Origin: Eukaryota sp. GEM-RC1
Taxonomy: Eukaryota
Length of the DNA stretch: 64,000 nt
Direction of reading: 5' to 3'
Assembly: GCA_040285855.1 (NCBI GenBank)
Contig: JAUFOQ010000002.1
Span: 1,364,001 to 1,428,000, forward strand
Shown here: one piece after another, positions 59,930 through 64,000 of the stretch
Position numbering within the stretch: the first letter of the stretch is position 1
Layout of the letters: each line of letters begins with the position of its first letter
The notes under the pieces: generated by a model
Told to the model about the DNA's origin: nothing
What the model saw: the letters and a program-made list of their open reading frames with translations, nothing else
Databases searched by the model: none
Position numbers and translations under genes: made by a program

Positions 59930-61190
59930 TTCAAGATACGAGTAGATTTCGTTTCGAACAGCAAGAGCATCAATTTCCATATTAAGCAACAACGATTCAG
60001 CATGAGACAGGCTTGGAAGTTCACCTAGCTTGTTTAAAAATTGATGAATATACTCTATAACATAGATTCCACAATCATTGGGCGTCTGCTTTCGCGTAAC
60101 AGGAAAAACAATTGGTTCGAATGCAAGAATGCTAAGAACTGATACTACTATAGAAAGGACATTTGTCAGCAGAGAAGTCTTGATAATATTTCCATCCTGT
60201 GCAAAATCACGAGTATCGTAATATGGGTCAATAAACATCCAGTTCCTGATTTGACAATCAATGATAATCAAACCCCAATGAATACCAGATTGTGCTGGTT
60301 CTGTAAATCCATCATTCAACGGAGCAATAAGAAATCTGTTGCCTCGATTTAAACATTCGAGAGTTTTATCAAGTAGAAAAGATGACAGATTGTGACTAGT
60401 GATGTAATACTTCATCACTGAAGGGGGGATAAAAGAAGTCCAATCGTAACCATAAATTTCAAATAATTTCTTACAATATAGTCGTATAACTTCATCATCG
60501 ACCCAGTTATTCGGTTCCACAGAGGTCAAAGTCTCATCAGAAACAACTTTTTTGGGTTTAGTCTCTGATCGACTCAAACGGTTCTGAATCTCTTGTCGAA
60601 CTTCTACAGTGTTTATGTTGGCTATTTCAAGCAATTTGGATTCCAAGTACAGCCCAGGGATTGTTCGTAATTGTGACAAAAGTTCAATAAATTTCTCTAT
60701 ATATTTTAGGACATAAATTCCACCGTTGTTTAAAGTTTGCTTGGTTGCAACAGGAATTGGTTTGAGATTATAAGTTCCAAAAGTTGTTTGAACTATATTG
60801 AATATCTGTTTCAAAGACGAAGATTCTATTGAACAATCTGAATCACACTTTGGATCAATAAATATACCTTCCAAACGCACACAATCGACAATAACTAGCC
60901 CCCAGTGAGTTCCATCATTGGCCGGTTCTGTCATGGAATCATTTAGTGGGATTATGAGATAGTTGTATCCTTTTGCCTTAGTGACATTGACTTTGTCATT
61001 GATAAAAACATCTAACAATAAATCAGGAAAAGATTGTGTCCCTTTAAAAGAGCAGGTTGAATAAAAAGATCATCGAAATCAACACTAGATGCTTGTAGTT
61101 CGAAATATGTTTGAAATATGGATCTAGAAAACTCAACAAAGACTTCATCATCTACCAAATGATCAGGTTGCAAACAATCTAAAGCTTCTT
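59930..61190 (-). CDS. Two tandem Ulp1/SENP8-like (C48) cysteine protease domains
   Basis: Each has VDDEV...FIxP...PLND...GxHWGL...FIDP...KQT.N..GIYV. Copy 2 has QTPNDCG; copy 1 has QTLNNGG. Confidence 0.85.
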
Positions 61191-61197
61191 GAGAAAC

Positions 61198-61239
61198 TGG
61201 CCCTGGATTGGATTCCACGTCACCATCAATGGTGAGATC
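61198..61239 (-). other. 2A (StopGo) ribosome-skipping peptide
   Basis: DLTIDGDVESNPG|P matches the D(V/I)ExNPGP consensus. Confidence 0.88.
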
Positions 61240-61420
61240 TTCTTTGAATGTGGGACGGGAGGAGAAAACTGTACGTAATATGAGACACAAAGCAGAAATA
61301 GATGAAGAAACAACACAAAGGATCATCTGAGGAATATTACGAGACGAAGTCGAGGGTATGATGGAAAGCACATGAACACAATTCACATGGGCTGTTTCAC
61401 TAGCGGAAACGAAAATAATT

Positions 61421-61710
61421 CTCCAACATCTCATTATACTACCTTGTTCTTGAGGAGCGTGTGAGAGTGAAGTAGTAAGGCGGCAGCATGCGGAAGAGTA
61501 ACTCCAACATCTCATTATACTACCTTGTTCTTGAGGAGCGTGTGAGAGTGAAGTAGTAAGGCGGCAGCATGCGGAAGAGTAACTCCAACATCTCATTATA
61601 CTACCTTGTTCTTGAGGAGCGTGTGAGAGTGAAGTAGTAAGGCGGCAGCATGCGGAAGAGTAACTCCAACATCTCATTATACTACCTTATTCTTGAGGAG
61701 CGTGTGAGAG
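61421..61710. repeat. 81-bp tandem array (3 full units plus a 47-bp partial)
   Basis: Units start at 61421, 61502, 61583 and 61664. They are essentially identical, with one substitution in the last. Confidence 0.97.
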
Positions 61711-61954
61711 AATTGATGTCAACATTGAAAGTAAATGATTGTTTGACAAAGATTTCTTCCATCTATAGTAGGATATCTTACAAGTCAGTCACATTTCATA
61801 TAATTCCAAACGTAAGAGCTACTAGCTATCTCCTACTTACTAGCTACTAGCTATCCACCCATCCCTCCTGACGACTAAGAACTTATGTCCACTTCAGATT
61901 TTCTGTTTCATACAAGTGTCTCATATAGATTCAGGGTTACTCTAGTGTTGACAA

Positions 61955-62556
61955 TAGTGTTGCACGAGACGTGTAATTTACTGGCCGAGACGCGTCTCGG
62001 AGACGTGCGTCTCCTGAGACGTTTCCGAGACGCGTTTTTTGGTGTTTACATCTTTTTACTTTTCACACAACGTCTCTCTCCTCTTTTCTTTCATTTTTAT
62101 GACTGAACCAGGCATCAACTTAAGAGATTTTGTTACAGTTATTTCAAGAATGTCTTATGAGAGAAGCTATCGACGATATAGTGGAAGAAATGGAAGAAGC
62201 AGAAGACATTGTTGTTATTGAAGAACAAGACATTGACCTAGCCGTTAGTGAAAACGGAAGTGGTGGTGAACAAATGGTATTTGACCCTCTTCTTGAAGGT
62301 CTTGAAATGTAATTCTAAATTTATTTCATCCAAAGGTGCTCATCCATCGATTTGTTAGTTTTTAATTCAGTTTTTGATGAGTTTCTGAATAAATCTATTT
62401 GTTTTGACTTATAATGATGACATTATTACGTTTGTTAAAGCAAGTATCAATGTTAGAAGACGGAGACGTGGAGACGTCTCTGAGACGTAATGTTGTAGAG
62501 ACGGGAGACGGAGACGCGGACGTCTCTTGAGACAAGAGACGTCTCGTGCAACACTA
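61955..62556. mobile_element. hAT-type MITE (602 bp)
   Basis: Perfect 18-bp TIR TAGTGTTGCACGAGACGT. Perfect TSD GTTGACAA (61947-61954, 62557-62564). GAGACG subterminal repeats. Confidence 0.93.
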
Positions 62557-62953
62557 GTTGACAATTAATCTACATAAATCTCTCTGCATAAAACTTCATC
62601 TCTCATAAGGTGTAAAAGTAATAACATGTATATTATCTTTTAAAAGCAAACTAGTATGCCTATGTAATTTGTTTGTTGATGTTTTCTATAGTATGTTTTA
62701 AAAGTATATGTGATAAGTTATTTTATATTGTAATTCAACGTATCTATATTCAGATTAAAGCAAACAGAAATTATAAATTGATGACAAATGATTTATTCCT
62801 ACTGCTGAACATTATTGTAGTGATGTCCTTGTGGAATTGTTTCATGTTTTGAAAGAGTATTTGAAAAATGATGAAAAGACTGGTATGTGTGTTTTATTTG
62901 AATTATATTTAATTTTGAAAAGATTGGAAAATATAGGTAATTTTGATAGTTTC

Positions 62954-63172
62954 ATCTTGTATCACACATCTTGTAAAACATATCTTGTAAAACATATCTT
63001 GTATTACAAATGTTGTATTACACATCTTGTAAAACACATCTTGTAAAACACATCTTGTATTACAAATGTTGTATTACACATCTTGTATTACACATCTTGT
63101 ATTACAAATGTTGTATTACAAATGTTGTATTACACATCTTGTATTACAAATGTTGTATTACACATCTTGTGA
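62954..63172. repeat. 14-bp minisatellite (about 15 units)
   Basis: Interleaved variants atcttgtattacac / atcttgtaaaacac / atgttgtattacaa. Confidence 0.9.
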
Positions 63173-63380
63173 CAACTAAAAGACAATAGATAGTGACAAA
63201 AGACTGGCATATATGGCTTAACTTTATGAACAAAAGAAAAACATAATGAATCAAGATTTCCAAGTCGACATATGCTTTCAGCTTGTGACGGTCAGACTGA
63301 GAAGATGAAAGATTATCATAAGAAGGAGAATATGCGCTGTTTATAGAGATCGTACTTTGCGAGACAATGAAGAAAAAAAG

Positions 63381-63800
63381 ATGTATCTTCCCCATCCAGA
63401 GATAGGACCAGAGATTTTGATGAGCCTACCCCAACAATTTTCTGACTTGAAGGCTAAACTGGAACGCAGCCGAAAAGATCTTCTTAACAATGTTCATTCA
63501 TCTTCAGTACCTTCAGAGAAACCCATCAGTTCTTCTTCAAACAATCTTCCCAAACAATCTTTTCTAAATCATATTCCATCTCTGCAGCAGGATTCCTCTA
63601 CGTCTAACTCTACAAGATACCTAATCAAAAAATCTCTTGTTCCCACTTCGGAAAGTGCCCAGGAAATCGGTGATTCGATAACAAAAAGGCGGAAGCAGAA
63701 ACAAGACCAACGTACTCACCAGTCTCAAAAGGATTCCATTCTTGAAGTATATTCTCTAGACCAATATCATCATGTTCACAGCAAAGATGATTCAAAATGA
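63381..63800 (+). CDS. Hypothetical low-complexity ORF
   Basis: Ser-rich ORF of about 140 aa. No motif; may be a fragment. Confidence 0.3.
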   Translation: MYLPHPEIGPEILMSLPQQFSDLKAKLERSRKDLLNNVHSSSVPSEKPISSSSNNLPKQSFLNHIPSLQQDSSTSNSTRYLIKKSLVPTSESAQEIGDSITKRRKQKQDQRTHQSQKDSILEVYSLDQYHHVHSKDDSK

Positions 63801-64000
63801 CAGATATTTGTTCTTCTTGTTCACTTGTTTATATTATCATATATGACTAGGACTATTACGGTACTACAACCAGGACTGGCTCTAACTAAAGTTAGCAGTC
63901 CACATCTGGTTGAAGATCTCCCGGATTCAGTTCCTGGTGTTTTGAAAGAGTTATGCATTGGTCAGATTTGCAATATTCGTAAACAAACCCTGAAGGTTCG

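Larger units (their letters stand above)
55742..61677 (-). mobile_element. Fanzor-bearing element encoding a 2A-protease-protease-exonuclease-Fanzor polyprotein
   Basis: Consecutive minus-strand ORF pieces join by single homopolymer indels. Each domain junction lies inside an uninterrupted ORF piece. Confidence 0.75.

Noticed and set aside
58557..61018. Polinton/virophage or endogenous giant virus (PolB plus cysteine protease)
   Set aside because: There is no polymerase catalytic domain, integrase, packaging ATPase, capsid or long TIRs in the window.
61421..61710. CRISPR-like pattern (47-bp repeat x4 with 34-bp spacers) near an RNA-guided nuclease
   Set aside because: The three spacers are identical, so this is a plain 81-bp tandem repeat. 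There are no cas genes and the context is eukaryotic.
1..64000. tRNA or rRNA genes
   Set aside because: None recognised by eye. tRNAscan-SE and Infernal were not run.

Overview
AT-rich, gene-dense, intron-poor eukaryotic DNA using the standard genetic code. It probably comes from a flagellated protist (it encodes IFT38/CLUAP1), possibly anaerobic; the taxon is an inference. Host genes include GCS-H, RPS25, a fructosamine kinase, carnosine N-methyltransferase, glycogen phosphorylase, CNOT9, CLUAP1, a BAR protein, SLX1, PHAF1, CCT6, an NT-C2 protein, YccF, a formate/nitrite channel, a BORCS6-like protein, the gamete fusogen HAP2/GCS1, ARP4, an SLC13/DASS transporter and a compact Pol theta. Only two introns (30 and 31 nt) were seen. 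Many genes are split by single-base indels at homopolymers, most likely long-read consensus errors. Intergenic DNA holds many DNA transposons: hAT derivatives with TIRs and 8-bp TSDs, a MULE nested inside a hAT MITE, and TA-flanked MITEs. It also holds a 157-bp TIR-less mobile repeat and decayed RLE-type non-LTR retrotransposon 3' ends. The standout locus is about 55.6-61.7 kb on the minus strand. Correcting about nine homopolymer indels gives one polyprotein of about 1,800 aa after a 2A ribosome-skip peptide: two tandem Ulp1/SENP8-like protease domains (one lacking the catalytic Cys), poly-Glu, a degenerate family-B DNA polymerase 3'-5' exonuclease domain, a Fanzor1 (TnpB-derived RuvC nuclease, D-E-D intact) and a Lys-rich/CCHC tail. 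An 81-bp tandem array precedes it, and a structured non-coding segment (candidate omegaRNA) follows it. Family assignments come from motif recognition by eye, not database searches.
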